A stretch of DNA of 64,000 bases from Octopus vulgaris (GCA_951406725.2 OX597834.1:29946001-30010000); one strand, 5' to 3'. Numbered from the stretch's first letter, positions 49,443 to 57,252 are shown. Program-made: numbers and translations. The notes: generated from the letters alone by a model not told the origin.

Positions 49443-52400
49443 TGAAGGGCTTCTTTCAGTTTTGGTCTCCAAAATCCACTTACAAGACTTTGGTTGGAAT
49501 GACAGCTGGTCTTTTCTTAAGAATTTTTTTTAAAATTTTTCTGGAGATGATAGAAAAAAGAAATGATAAAAAGTTTTACTTTCATCTTAATCAGTTTTGA
49601 ACCTTGGCCAGGATGTCTTACAGTTCCTTGTCTGTGCACAACCTTAACCACTAGCCTACTGGGTCCTCTTTTAAGGCATCTGTCAAAAATAAGATGAATA
49701 ATGAAAATAGGTTTAAACATCCTATTTTAAAATTGATTTCAGATGCTGCATTGATGGTTGTGTGGGTAAATTCCCTGTAAGTAATCATGATAGATGGGTA
49801 GAGGTTTCAACTTGTCCTATAAATATGCTTGTTTAGCAATTTTTTAAAAAATTTTATAGACATAAAAAAAAAAAAGGAAAAGACATACAATTTTCATTTC
49901 CACTCTGCCCCAGTATTGAACCATGGACAGAATCTTCCATCTAAGCTGTTGTTCTGCCTCACCATGCCATTAAACCACTAATTTACAGGGTCCCCCACTT
50001 CTAGGTTCAGTGAAAAATTAGATTTTTAAATCTGTCACAGCATCAGATCATTAATGAGAATAGATTCAAATATCCCACTCTTAAGCTTGTCTTTGTTGCT
50101 GCTGAAATGGCCCCCATGGATAAAGGTGTTGATAATCAACATCAATAACATTGTAAGATGTTAGAGGTTTCAATCTCTACTTAGAACTACTGTTAAGGTG
50201 GGGTTTTTTTAAAACTCTTGTTGATCAAACAAAAAAAAAAATAGAATTTAGATGAAAAATCTTACTCACACCCTGGTCTGTCTTGAGCCCAATACCAGAT
50301 TATGCAGGATGTCTTATCACACTGTTTATTCATCTGTGCCCTTAGTCACAAGTCCAATAGGTATCCCATTAATTTCTGTAGAATATGAGATAATTAAATC
50401 TACCACAGCATCAAATCAAAATGAAAATAGATTTAAATATCTCATTTTTAAGCTGCTTTATAAGCTGTTGGTTTGATGGCCTAATGGGTAAAAGTGTTGG
50501 TAATTTAATTAGTAATCTTGTATGAAGATAGAGGTTTCAATCTCTATCCACAACTATTGTCAAGGGTTTTTTTTTTTTTTTTAATGTCCTTGAAAAAAAA
50601 AAAAATCTTACTGACATCCTGAGCTGTCTTGAACCCAGGACATGATTGTTCAGAATCTCCCTTCACACTGTTCATCTACATACACACCTTTACTCATGAG
50701 TCTATCGGGTCCCCCCCATTAATTGCTGTCACAAATGAGATACTTAAATCTATAATAGCGTCCGATCAATAATAAAAATAGATTTAATTACTTCATTTTT
50801 AGGCTTGAAGTAGGAGTTGCTTCTGTGGCTTTGTGGGCATTGACCTTGGTAAGGTATAATCTAGTATTTAGTATGAGGGTTTCAATCCCTTCTTGAAATT
50901 ATGAAGCGTTATATATTTTATCTTTATCTGTCATTAGACTGGCCATGCTGTGGCAACATGAATTTTTATTGAATGAATTGACACCTGCACTTCTTTTTTA
51001 AACCTGGTTCTTATTCCATCAGTCTCTTTTTCCAAACCACTACATTATGAGGATGCAAACACACCAATGCTGGTTGACAAACGGATTGGGACACACACAC
51101 ATATATATATACATCTTTCTATTCTTTCTATCAGCTCCTTCACAGTTCCTGACCTTTCTCTTCACTTCACTCTGTCCCTTTCATTTTTTTTTTCTTGCCT
51201 CCTCCTTAATTCTTCTATCCCTTTGCCTCTACCTCTCTGTTCCAGCTTTTTGTCACCATTATGTTAATAGAGATATTTTACCAATAAAGAAGTTGGTGCT
51301 TAAACCCCTGATTTGGGATGAAGTGTAAACACTTCTGCTGATTCTCACTGATACCAGATCAGTCGGCATTGTGGGGCTGGGAGTGGGGGAGGGGTAGGAT
51401 GTTGATTGGCAGACATCAAACCCCAAAACCCTAGTGATTGAATGGTTAGGATCCTCTTCACAGAAGAGTTAACAGTAAAATAATAATGGCAGACAGACTA
51501 AATCCAAGAACTTCATAATCTAAAGAGATTCTAATAATGGCAGCAGCTGAGGGTCATTCTGAATGGGACTAAGACCATCCTTAATTAATTATCTATGGTT
51601 ACCAATTAACAGTGACTATTGTGATAAAAAGGAAGCTGATGAGATAGAAAATGTTATATACATTGGATATTATTGAATCAAAGAATAAAATATATTGGTC
51701 AGAACCAACAAATTGAAAGGTAATTCTTCTTAGACCAGTGGTTGCCAAACGATTTTTGGCCATGCCCCACTGAATCATTTCTAAAAACCTGATACCCCTT
51801 GTGATATTTAATTTTTGTTATTCAAAATATGCTTAATGTTTTACAATATTACTCGGAAACAAAATTTTTAAAAAATAGTGAAAAATTACCACCACTAAAT
51901 CAAAAAAATTATCTTATTTCTCCACTTTAGAGACATCAGATCTTATGAACAGATGAAAATGACCTGATGTCTCTAAAGTGTCAAAACTTTGATAAAATGT
52001 AAAAAACAAAAAAACACCCAACAGCAACAACAAAAGAAATAAAATATTAAAATGACAAAGATTCACATGCTTGCATAGCTGATTAGTTTCTTTCCAGAAG
52101 GGATGTAAAGATTTTTATATATTTTAAAAAAGAGTATATATATATTTTTTTTTTTTGCATCTAGTTTCAGCTCACGAGCTGTGGCCATGCTGGGGCACCG
52201 CCATTTATATATATATATATATATATTATATTACATTTCGGGTTCAGTCCCACTGCGTGGCACTTTGGGTAGGTGTCTTTCACTATAGCCCCGAGCCGAC
52301 CGGAGCTTTGTGATTGAATTCGGTAGGTGGAAGTTACTGCCATGTGTGTATATAGCTGCTCAGTGCCTCTCCGAAAGAGAGAGAGAGAGAGGGATTACAA

Positions 52401-52790
52401 TAGACATTTTTTTTCTGTTTCTGTCTACCAAACCCATTCACAAAGTGTTTGATTGAGCCTGAGGCTATAGAGGACTCACTTGTGCAAATGCCATACTGTG
52501 GGATTGAGCCTGAAACCAGGTGGTTTGGAAAGAAACTAATCAGCTATGCAAGCATGTGAATCTTTGTCATTTTAATATTTTATTTCTTTTGTTGTTGCTG
52601 TTGGGTGTTTTTTTGTTTTTTACATTTCATCTTATTTTCTTTTTTCTTTTGTTGTTTCCAGTTGGCCATTTTGACAGAACTCTCAAAGAATCCCACTTCT
52701 CAAACAGCCATGAAACGAACAAGCAGCATTCTGAAAAACGAAAATTTCAACCTTCGTCTTGCCCCACCGAGGTCCGAGATTTACTTCTAG
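465..52790 (+). CDS. VPS8: VPS8 (vacuolar protein sorting 8, CORVET subunit), 5'-partial spliced gene, 35 coding exons in window
   Basis: Spliced translation follows recalled metazoan VPS8 collinearly: [58 protein letters not shown]2 [34 protein letters not shown]. Splice phases are consistent at every junction; exon 4 is internally disrupted. Confidence 0.97.
659..908 (+). mobile_element. Short partly foldback element (Penelope-pLTR-like), same family as 56907-57252
   Basis: High similarity to 56907-57252; inverted arms aagaaacacacaaaagccg/cggcttttgtgtgtttctt. Confidence 0.6.
716..766 (+). ncRNA. Minimal hammerhead-ribozyme-like fold, G3-C8 variant
   Basis: Stem I TTTGTCA/TGACAAA; core GTGAACA; stem II GTCGC/GCGAC; GAA; palindromic AATATT; H17=U. 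Confidence 0.55.
1531..1755 (-). mobile_element. tRNA-derived SINE family B (Meta-domain-like centre)
   Basis: Reverse complement of the copies at 3344, 36110 and 44863; gtcgactttgcctttcatcctttcggggtcgataaa core. Confidence 0.8.
2391..2790 (-). mobile_element. tRNA-derived SINE family A (~400 bp, internal TA/TG microsatellite)
   Basis: Reverse complement of 11452-11843. Confidence 0.85.
2913..2963 (+). CDS. VPS8: VPS8 exon 2: [16 protein letters not shown](S)
   Basis: ttcag| ... |gtatgt; 51 nt, phase 2-2. Confidence 0.92.
3344..3560 (+). mobile_element. tRNA-derived SINE family B
   Basis: ggcgagctggcagaaacgttag (A box), gagttcaaattcc (B box); many decayed copies, e.g. near 13800, 16860, 40200-40610. 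Confidence 0.85.
4121..4223 (+). CDS. VPS8: VPS8 exon 3: [34 protein letters not shown]
   Basis: ttccag| ... |gtaaga; 103 nt. Confidence 0.93.
4962..5340 (-). mobile_element. RTE 3'-UTR fragment; further copies at ~12123-12368(+), 19320-19485(+), 23676-24142(-), 27533-27900(-), 29965-30310(+), 31862-32092(-), 37275-37757(+), 48163-48760(-, two)
   Basis: Shared ggcgttaggaagggcatccagc...ccaacccatgctagcatggaaa...(gat)n, matching the 3' end of the LINE at 32380. Confidence 0.82.
5724..5765 (+). CDS. VPS8: VPS8 exon 4, disrupted as assembled (VLIV..QLKIMF..FPLK across two frames)
   Basis: ttccag|GTATTAATTGTT ... TTTCCATTAAAG|gtacc. In-frame TGA and TAA; the middle reads QLKIMF in another frame. 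Occupies the position of the expected ILVIGLKPSLKV-type segment. Confidence 0.65.
6056..6473 (-). mobile_element. tRNA-derived SINE family A, full length
   Basis: Head aggcgcaggagtggctgtgtggtaag...ggttcagtccc; tail (gtaaaaga)n. Confidence 0.88.
6560..6682 (+). CDS. VPS8: VPS8 exon 5: [17 protein letters not shown]...[14 protein letters not shown]
   Basis: ttccag| ... |gtaaaa; 123 nt. Confidence 0.93.
7120..7443. repeat. GC-rich 16-bp minisatellite (CAGGGCAAGTGCAGGC), about 20 copies
   Basis: Tandem units seen directly. Confidence 0.95.
9385..9421 (+). ncRNA. Minimal hammerhead-ribozyme-like fold, A3-U8 variant
   Basis: Stem I AATATC/GGTATT; core ATGAATA; stem II GCTAAAGC; GAA; palindromic ACCGGT; H17=U. 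Confidence 0.45.
9747..9827 (+). CDS. VPS8: VPS8 exon 6: [27 protein letters not shown]
   Basis: tttcag| ... |gtgagt; 81 nt, phase 0-0. Confidence 0.85.
10617..10990. repeat. Compound (TA)n(TG)n microsatellite
   Basis: Seen directly. Confidence 0.95.
11063..11146 (+). CDS. VPS8: VPS8 exon 7: [28 protein letters not shown]
   Basis: gccag| ... |gtaagt; 84 nt. Confidence 0.94.
11452..11843 (+). mobile_element. tRNA-derived SINE family A, full length
   Basis: A-box and B-box head; tail gtaaaagcgtaaagagtaaagag. Confidence 0.88.
12423..12509 (+). CDS. VPS8: VPS8 exon 8: [29 protein letters not shown]
   Basis: ttcag| ... |gtaaat; 87 nt; hallmark VPS8 motif. Confidence 0.96.
12682..12839. mobile_element. 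hAT-type MITE
   Basis: 8-bp TSD TTTGTTAC on both sides; imperfect TIR CAGGGGTGGACTGAG/CTCAGTTCGTTCCTG. Confidence 0.8.
13430..13700 (-). mobile_element. R4/Dong-like non-LTR 3' fragment (restriction-like endonuclease end)
   Basis: [19 protein letters not shown]; 3' end abuts (TAA)n. Confidence 0.6.
14742..15786 (-). mobile_element. Internally deleted piggyBac transposon with frameshifted transposase N-terminus
   Basis: TTAA TSDs (14738-41, 15787-90); TIR CCCTTTCGTTAC; acidic N-terminus then [17 protein letters not shown] (PGBD4-like) at 15547-15156. Confidence 0.9.
17100..17410 (-). mobile_element. R4/Dong-like non-LTR 3' fragment
   Basis: [33 protein letters not shown]; 3' end abuts (TAA)n. 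Confidence 0.68.
17692..17979. repeat. Near-perfect inverted repeat (arms about 137 bp), followed by a ~90 bp unique tail
   Basis: aactaaaaataagggtgtctgagagacacc... mirrored by ...ggtgtctctcagacacccttatttttagtt. Confidence 0.95.
18111..18522 (-). mobile_element. SINE family A, diverged
   Basis: Similarity to family A over its full length. Confidence 0.75.
18933..19043 (+). CDS. VPS8: VPS8 exon 9: [37 protein letters not shown]
   Basis: atcag| ... |gtacgt; 111 nt. Confidence 0.95.
19600..19930 (-). mobile_element. mariner transposase remnant
   Basis: [39 protein letters not shown]. Confidence 0.8.
20032..20340 (+). mobile_element. Non-autonomous Helitron
   Basis: A|TC 5' end; subterminal hairpin cccgagcaacgccagg; CTAG|T 3' end; no TSD. 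Confidence 0.8.
20480..20617 (+). CDS. VPS8: VPS8 exon 10: RIEVLVKQ...[13 protein letters not shown]...IVKDL
   Basis: ttacag| ... |gtacgt; 138 nt. Confidence 0.95.
20834..21263. mobile_element. TTAA MITE with a nested inverted copy of the same family (20887-21107)
   Basis: TIR CCCTTTAG; the inner element has its own TTAA TSDs; another copy at 55080-55280. Confidence 0.82.
22559..22890 (+). mobile_element. SINE family A, diverged
   Basis: Family A head and tail. Confidence 0.7.
23017..23109 (+). CDS. VPS8: VPS8 exon 11: [31 protein letters not shown]
   Basis: cttcag| ... |gtaaac; 93 nt. Confidence 0.93.
23238..23451. mobile_element. piggyBac-derived MITE (another copy at 35881-36100; decayed copies at ~27945-28130 and 43860-44290)
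   Basis: TTAA|CCCTTTCGTTACC...GGTAACAAAAGGG|TTAA. Confidence 0.85.
24518..24564 (+). CDS. VPS8: VPS8 exon 12: [15 protein letters not shown](V)
   Basis: cccag| ... |gtaagt; 47 nt. Confidence 0.9.
25374..25596 (+). CDS. VPS8: VPS8 exon 13: [11 protein letters not shown]...[14 protein letters not shown]...TLDIHH
   Basis: tttcag| ... |gtaagt; 223 nt; Vps8 central domain. Confidence 0.96.
25732..26120 (-). mobile_element. Short bipartite (internally deleted) RTE-derived retroposon
   Basis: Minus strand starts with a BovB/RTE-like 5' motif (gagctatgccg..agggccacccaaggcgga) and ends with a stop codon plus a caagtacaagtaagtaagta tail; GC-rich. Confidence 0.55.
26815..26956 (+). CDS. VPS8: VPS8 exon 14: [32 protein letters not shown]...GKQLT
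   Basis: ttctag| ... |gtgagt; 142 nt. Confidence 0.96.
27039..27081 (+). CDS. VPS8: VPS8 exon 15a: [14 protein letters not shown](S)
   Basis: cgtcag| ... |gtaagt; 43 nt, phase 1-2. Confidence 0.9.
27102..27318 (+). mobile_element. RTE 3'-UTR fragment between the duplicated VPS8 exons
   Basis: gcacgtaaaagcacc repeats and taggaagggcatccagccgtagaaac. Confidence 0.8.
27322..27364 (+). CDS. VPS8: VPS8 exon 15b: identical duplicate of exon 15a
   Basis: ttacag|identical 43 nt|gtaagt; usage unknown. Confidence 0.55.
29060..29345 (+). mobile_element. SINE family A, 3'-truncated, indel-rich
   Basis: Family A head with many small indels. Confidence 0.7.
29683..29755 (+). CDS. VPS8: VPS8 exon 16: [24 protein letters not shown]
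   Basis: ttttag| ... |gtaaa; 73 nt. Confidence 0.95.
30462..30507 (+). CDS. VPS8: VPS8 exon 17: [15 protein letters not shown](N)
   Basis: ttttag| ... |gtaggt; 46 nt; phases fit both neighbours. Confidence 0.85.
30660..31120. repeat. Degenerate ~72-bp minisatellite, 7 units
   Basis: TTTGATCTGAAGGG-like anchor at 30676, 30746, 30823, 30884, 30956, 31029, 31103. Confidence 0.8.
32380..33630 (+). mobile_element. 5'-truncated, degenerate RTE-clade LINE (RT C-terminus plus 3' UTR, (ATG)n tail)
   Basis: Translations [47 protein letters not shown]; ends ggaaaactgatgttaaatgatgatgat. Confidence 0.88.
33751..33824 (+). CDS. VPS8: VPS8 exon 18: [24 protein letters not shown]
   Basis: ttccag| ... |gtaagt; 74 nt. 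Confidence 0.95.
33976..34010 (+). CDS. VPS8: VPS8 exon 19: [11 protein letters not shown](G)
   Basis: ctcag| ... |gtaaga; 35 nt. Confidence 0.88.
34120..34577 (+). mobile_element. mariner transposase 3' remnant with TIR end
   Basis: [36 protein letters not shown]; ends ccaacccaata. Confidence 0.8.
34731..34797 (+). CDS. VPS8: VPS8 exon 20: [22 protein letters not shown]
   Basis: ttgcag| ... |gtgagt; 67 nt. Confidence 0.93.
34937..35346 (+). mobile_element. SINE family A, full length
   Basis: Near-identical to the reverse complement of 6056-6473. Confidence 0.88.
36110..36332 (+). mobile_element. tRNA-derived SINE family B
   Basis: Near-identical to 3344-3560. Confidence 0.85.
36472..36704 (+). 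CDS. VPS8: VPS8 exon 21: [18 protein letters not shown]...LLQLAENAK(F)
   Basis: ttgcag| ... |gtaagt; 233 nt. Confidence 0.96.
38164..38248 (+). CDS. VPS8: VPS8 exon 22: [28 protein letters not shown]
   Basis: ttccag| ... |gtaaga; 85 nt. Confidence 0.93.
39055..39153 (+). CDS. VPS8: VPS8 exon 23: [33 protein letters not shown]
   Basis: cctcag| ... |gtaagc; 99 nt. Confidence 0.92.
39724..39863 (+). CDS. VPS8: VPS8 exon 24: [14 protein letters not shown]...[11 protein letters not shown](K)
   Basis: ttccag| ... |gtgagt; 140 nt. Confidence 0.9.
41062..41218 (+). CDS. VPS8: VPS8 exon 25: ESVGNH...[10 protein letters not shown]...GYRLEETLK
   Basis: ttccag| ... |gttggt; 157 nt. Confidence 0.93.
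41933..42022 (+). CDS. VPS8: VPS8 exon 26: [30 protein letters not shown]
   Basis: accag| ... |gtaagt; 90 nt. Confidence 0.93.
42963..43026 (+). CDS. VPS8: VPS8 exon 27: [21 protein letters not shown](E)
   Basis: taacag| ... |gtttgt; 64 nt; phases fit both neighbours. Confidence 0.8.
43731..43828 (+). CDS. VPS8: VPS8 exon 28: [32 protein letters not shown]
   Basis: ttctag| ... |gtgagt; 98 nt; LCQRNS motif. Confidence 0.92.
44376..44457 (+). CDS. VPS8: VPS8 exon 29: [27 protein letters not shown](D)
   Basis: aatag| ... |gtgagt; 82 nt. Confidence 0.94.
44589..44671 (+). CDS. VPS8: VPS8 exon 30: [27 protein letters not shown]
   Basis: taacag| ... |gtcagt; 83 nt. Confidence 0.94.
44863..45093 (+). 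mobile_element. tRNA-derived SINE family B
   Basis: Near-identical to 3344-3560. Confidence 0.85.
45622..45702 (+). CDS. VPS8: VPS8 exon 31: [27 protein letters not shown]
   Basis: tttaag| ... |gtgagt; 81 nt. Confidence 0.94.
45975..46141 (+). CDS. VPS8: VPS8 exon 32: [15 protein letters not shown]...HCSLCNK...LLIF(R), start of RING-H2
   Basis: gacag| ... |gtgagt; 167 nt. Confidence 0.94.
46274..46822. repeat. Compound TA/TATG/TGCA microsatellite
   Basis: Seen directly. Confidence 0.95.
47068..47275 (+). CDS. VPS8: VPS8 exon 33: [10 protein letters not shown]...WSCYLCSN...QSKE, RING-H2
   Basis: ttcaag| ... |gtaaat; 208 nt. Confidence 0.93.
47700..48100 (-). mobile_element. R4/Dong-like endonuclease-domain remnant
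   Basis: Minus strand [40 protein letters not shown]. Confidence 0.55.
48853..48921 (+). CDS. VPS8: VPS8 exon 34: [23 protein letters not shown]
   Basis: ctccag| ... |gtaagt; 69 nt. Confidence 0.92.
49700..50900 (+). repeat. Degenerate ~360-bp tandem repeat, about 3.3 units
   Basis: agaggtttcaa-like anchor near 49800, 50163, 50530, 50876; other shared blocks at the same period. Confidence 0.7.
52662..52790 (+). CDS. VPS8: VPS8 terminal exon 35: [10 protein letters not shown]...[16 protein letters not shown]
   Basis: ttccag|; TAG at 52788-52790; matches the VPS8 C-terminus. Confidence 0.94.
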   Translation: MAILTELSKNPTSQTAMKRTSSILKNENFNLRLAPPRSEIYF

Positions 52791-52830
52791 AAAAGCAAAA
52801 ACAAGAAAATATTATAATAATAATAATAAT

Positions 52831-52836
52831 AATAAA
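52831..52836 (+). terminator. Candidate polyadenylation signal
   Basis: AATAAA about 40 nt after the stop; further AATAAA copies near 52978 and 53005. Confidence 0.35.
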
Positions 52837-55800
52837 AAAAATGAACTGTAATATAACTTTCGTATTGTAACATACAGCTATCTGCAAAGCATCAAACACC
52901 TCACACACACATTCACTTACATAGACATACTAACACACACACACATATTAAGAAACAAAAAGAAACTAAATAAGAACAAATAAATGATACCAAAAATTTT
53001 TTTTAAATAAACTCAACATTTATAGATTGATTGGGGGTGGGAGGCAGTGTTGCAGTTGAATACATCGAATCCAGTATATTACTGGTATTTTAATTTTATC
53101 AACTGCAGAACTATTAGAGTTCACCCCTATCAAAGAGATGAAACTAAATGTTGCACAGCATTTTGTCCGATGCTCTACCGATTCTACAAACCCACCACAA
53201 AAACATTTGTATATTTTTCATAGTGAAACATGGACACATGAATGGCAGTGGAACTAAGGCGTTTGCTTTGCAACTGTGTAGTTCTGGGGTCAGTCCCACT
53301 GCATGACACCATAGGAGTATGCCTCAAGTCTTCTACTATACGGTCAGGTTGACGATTGCCTTGGGATTAAAATTTCATAAATGGAAACTGTGCTGAAGCT
53401 CATCATATATATATATATATATATGTATGTGTGTACATATATATATATATATATGTATGTGTGTATATATATATATATAGTAGCAGCATTATTTAATGTT
53501 CCTGTTCCATGCTGGCATGGCCATGGAGTGGGGGAGGGATTGACAGTTTAACATGATTTGATGGGCCCAAGTACTGCACTGTATTCTAGTGTCTGCTTAA
53601 GCAGATTTTCCACAGTTGGATGCCCTTCCTAATGCTAACCCCTTGACAGCATGTAGTGGGTGCTTGTTAATGTGCTCCCAGCACTAGTGAGGCTGCCATG
53701 AAGCTTACAAGGCTATGAAGCCTGAAAGACAACTTTATGTTAGGAGATAGGGGCCAAAGGATTGGTAAAAGTGAGTACATGTGTGTGCAAAGCTGTAAAA
53801 TCAGTGCATGGAACAAAATGTAATTTGTTGTATTGATTGGCATGAAGCTATGTCGCTTTATGCCAAAAGGTTAAATTTAACCATTCAATATTGACCAATA
53901 AGTCATGGGTTGGACGGTTCCCAGCCCCCAGTCAAACCGTCCAACCCATGCTAGCATGGAAAGCAGACGTTAAATGCAGATGATGATGATGATGAAGTCA
54001 TTATCAGAGACTAATTCTGGAAGGTTGTGTTCTAGAAATGGCTGTAGTCTAATGACTGCCTCCACTAAAAGAATGCCTGCACAAAAACCACACACACACA
54101 CACACATGCAAATGCATAGACATTACATAAAAAAAACAACCCAACAACAAACCAAAAACAATGTGGCTTCTTTGATGGTAAAACAGAAGCTGTTTCGACC
54201 TGTGATAAAAAGAAAAAATAATTTTATAAATGAATTAATTATTGCTTCGTTAGTTATCCTGTCTCATTCATTGGTCCTCATTGCAGGTGTGTGTGTGTGT
54301 GTATTGATGATGATGATGATGGCTAAATGTAATAAGATAATGAAGTACCTGCTCTCTCTCTCTCTCTCTCTCTCTCTCATTGGCTCATTAGTTAATTCAA
54401 ATCTACTGCTGTTGTTTCATGGCATTTTATTACCATTTTTTGGGGGGACAGTTTGAACATAGATAAAACAAGCTGAATATTTGGGCAGGATGGGGCCAGT
54501 TTAAATGTTAAATGGTTAATGGCATCAATCTCACAGATCTAAGAAGGTCCTGCACAATAGCCATGACCATTGCCTCTCCTTCCAAGCCCATCCAGCAAAG
54601 AAAAAAAGGATAAAATCAAAAATTTATTCTGTTTGGAAACTTGAAACAGCTCAGCTGAGTGATTTAACACTGAAGTAGACTAGCTTCATATCCAGGGGTG
54701 GAAAGATTTATTTATCCTAAATGGATTACCATTAGGCACCAATCAGTCATGTCAGCAGGTACCGAATGGCTATATTAAGTGAAGTGATAGATTACAACTA
54801 CCTCTACCATCTCACCAAAGGACTGGTCAGTGCAGTGCATCAATTTGACAAGCTTCTGCACATTTTCCATCTACATAAGGTTTTCCTCAAGACAAGGAAT
54901 GCTTTGTCCAAAACCTATAATGGTAAACAATATCTGCTTAATATGACTCATTGTGGATTTGAACCTAGAACCAATGGTTTTGTGAAACAAGCTTCTTAAC
55001 CATTTGGCCGCGCATTCTTCACCTCTGCTCAGCTGACAAACAAGTTTTTTTCCCTCCCACTCCTAAAGGGTTAAATTAACCCTTTAGCATTATTTTATTT
55101 AACCCTCTAACATTTATGCTCAAACTAACCAGAGATGGCCTCTCACACCTACCCTACAATGTCATTCTAAAAAATTAAACAATCACATCATTGAAATCTG
55201 AAAGCTACAAGATATTGCATGATTCATTCAAAACCATGTGAATAAATAAACGCTTGACAGAGTTATTGAGTGTGAAAGGGTTAAAGACAAGAATTTGATT
55301 TCGTAAATAGCAACATAATTTCAATGATATGAAATGAAGTAACTGCATATGAAAAAGTTCAAGTTGTTTTTCTTTTAAAACATCCATCTAAGATACTGTT
55401 TTAATTAGCTTCACGATGCTCACTACATTAATTATGCTAATTACATTTACTTTATTATTTTTCCATGCAGATGGCGCCTCTGAGTAATCTCCCTCAGTGA
55501 ATAAATTATTTTTTCTTTTCTTTTTTAACTATGCTAATTTTTCATGCTTAATTAAGTACATTTAAATAATTACTTACTCAATGATTCGCTTGTTATTGGA
55601 TATGTATAGGAAAGTTGTATGCTTTGCTTGTCGCAGTTAAAATGCCTTGACAGCAGTGGTGGAGGTGATGGTGGTGGCAGTGATGGTGGTGTAATTCACT
55701 TTGAGGGTGGCTGAATAACTTCAGCTCAAATTTACTTGGGATTTGAAACTTCCTGGAGGGGAAGGAAAGGAACATTTGTCCGTGAGGAACTTAACTGCAT

Positions 55801-56906
55801 CCCAGACAAGTTTGGTAGAGTAATTAAATTGACATCCTGTTTGGAATACGGTTCCACAGCAAAAATGGTCGCTGCTCCACTGGAACCATCTTTCCTCTGA
55901 CAAGACACTCTACACGGTTCCGTCTGAGAATAGACACCCTTCTCACCAGATTCAAATTTTAGAGAAAGCCAGAAATTCCAAGGGAAATAGCAAGTTCATT
56001 ACATCCACAATCCCAGTATGCAGCTGGTATTTTGTTATTGGCCCTAAAAGACTGAAAGGCAAAGTCCACCTTGGTGGAATTTGTACCCAGGGCATTAATG
56101 CTGAAGAAATGTTGCTAAGCATCTCATCTGACTCATTAACGATTCTGCTGCCTTAACGATTATGATTCTTTCTACTGGAGGTACAGGGTTTGAAGTTTGC
56201 GAGGAGGCTAGTTGACTTCACTGACCCCCAGTGTTTCACTGGTACTTTATTGTATCCCCAAAAGGATAGAAGGCAAAGCTGACCTTGGTGGAATTTGAAC
56301 CTGGAACACAAAGAGCTGGGAGAAATGCCATCTTACCTGGCTCTCAGTGACTCTACCACTTCACCGCAGTATCTCTGGGTCAAGTTATGAAACTTTTACA
56401 TAGTCACATCTTTGCCTGATCATGCTTGATCAGAACTTACATCATAAGAGGGGGGATGGGCAAGGAAGGAGTGGAAAGACTATTCTGCAGTTGAATTAAT
56501 TATTGTAATTATTGAACAGAAACGACAAAGTTTCTGAAGCTTAATAATGTAAATACGAAGTAATTAAAAAAGGTTAAACCCGTCTCAGAATAAAGAATAA
56601 AAGTTTCTGATTGTAGTCTTCTTGCTGTTATTGTTTTCTGTTTTTTTTTGCTTTTTTATGTTGTATTTTGGTAAATAGAAACTGAAAGAAGCCCTTGCTG
56701 GGCATGGGTTGGACAATTTGATGTGGTCCAGCAAGCAGCAGGGCTTACATCTGGCTTCAGTAACATGTCGAAGCTGACACTGGAGTTTAAAGTGTCCTGC
56801 AACTTGATGGTGCCTGGCAAATTGTCCAACCCATGCCAGCATGGAAAATGGACATTGAATGATGATTCACTTTCTCTCATATATATATATATCTATATAT
56901 ATATAT

Positions 56907-57252
56907 AACAATCGCAGCGTGGAAGTTGTTTATAAGCCATTTAAGAAACACACAAAAACTGTTAGATTCACTTCAACATTTAAATTTAATTTGTCAAAAT
57001 ATTTTCGTCGCTTTCAGACCACAACCTGTTCACTGACAAAACTCCGTGCTGCATCTCAGAGTTTTGTCAGTGAACAGGTTGTGGTCTCAAGGCGATGAAA
57101 ATATTTTGACAAATTAAATGTAAATGTTGAAGTGAATCGAACAGTTTTTGTGTGTTTCTTAAATGGCTTACAAACACCTTCCATGCTGCAATTGTTTTTT
57201 TCCAGCACACTATCTCAAATCAGGTCACTTGCTATGCAAGTACATCTCTGTA
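56907..57252. mobile_element. Foldback element (arms 56907-57044 and 57059-57196, plus tail) in (TA)n
   Basis: Inverted arms seen directly; homologous to 659-908. Confidence 0.85.

Noticed and set aside
53974-54456. 160-aa ORF downstream of VPS8
   Set aside because: Assembled from an RTE (ATG)n tail and simple repeats; no homology or splice support.
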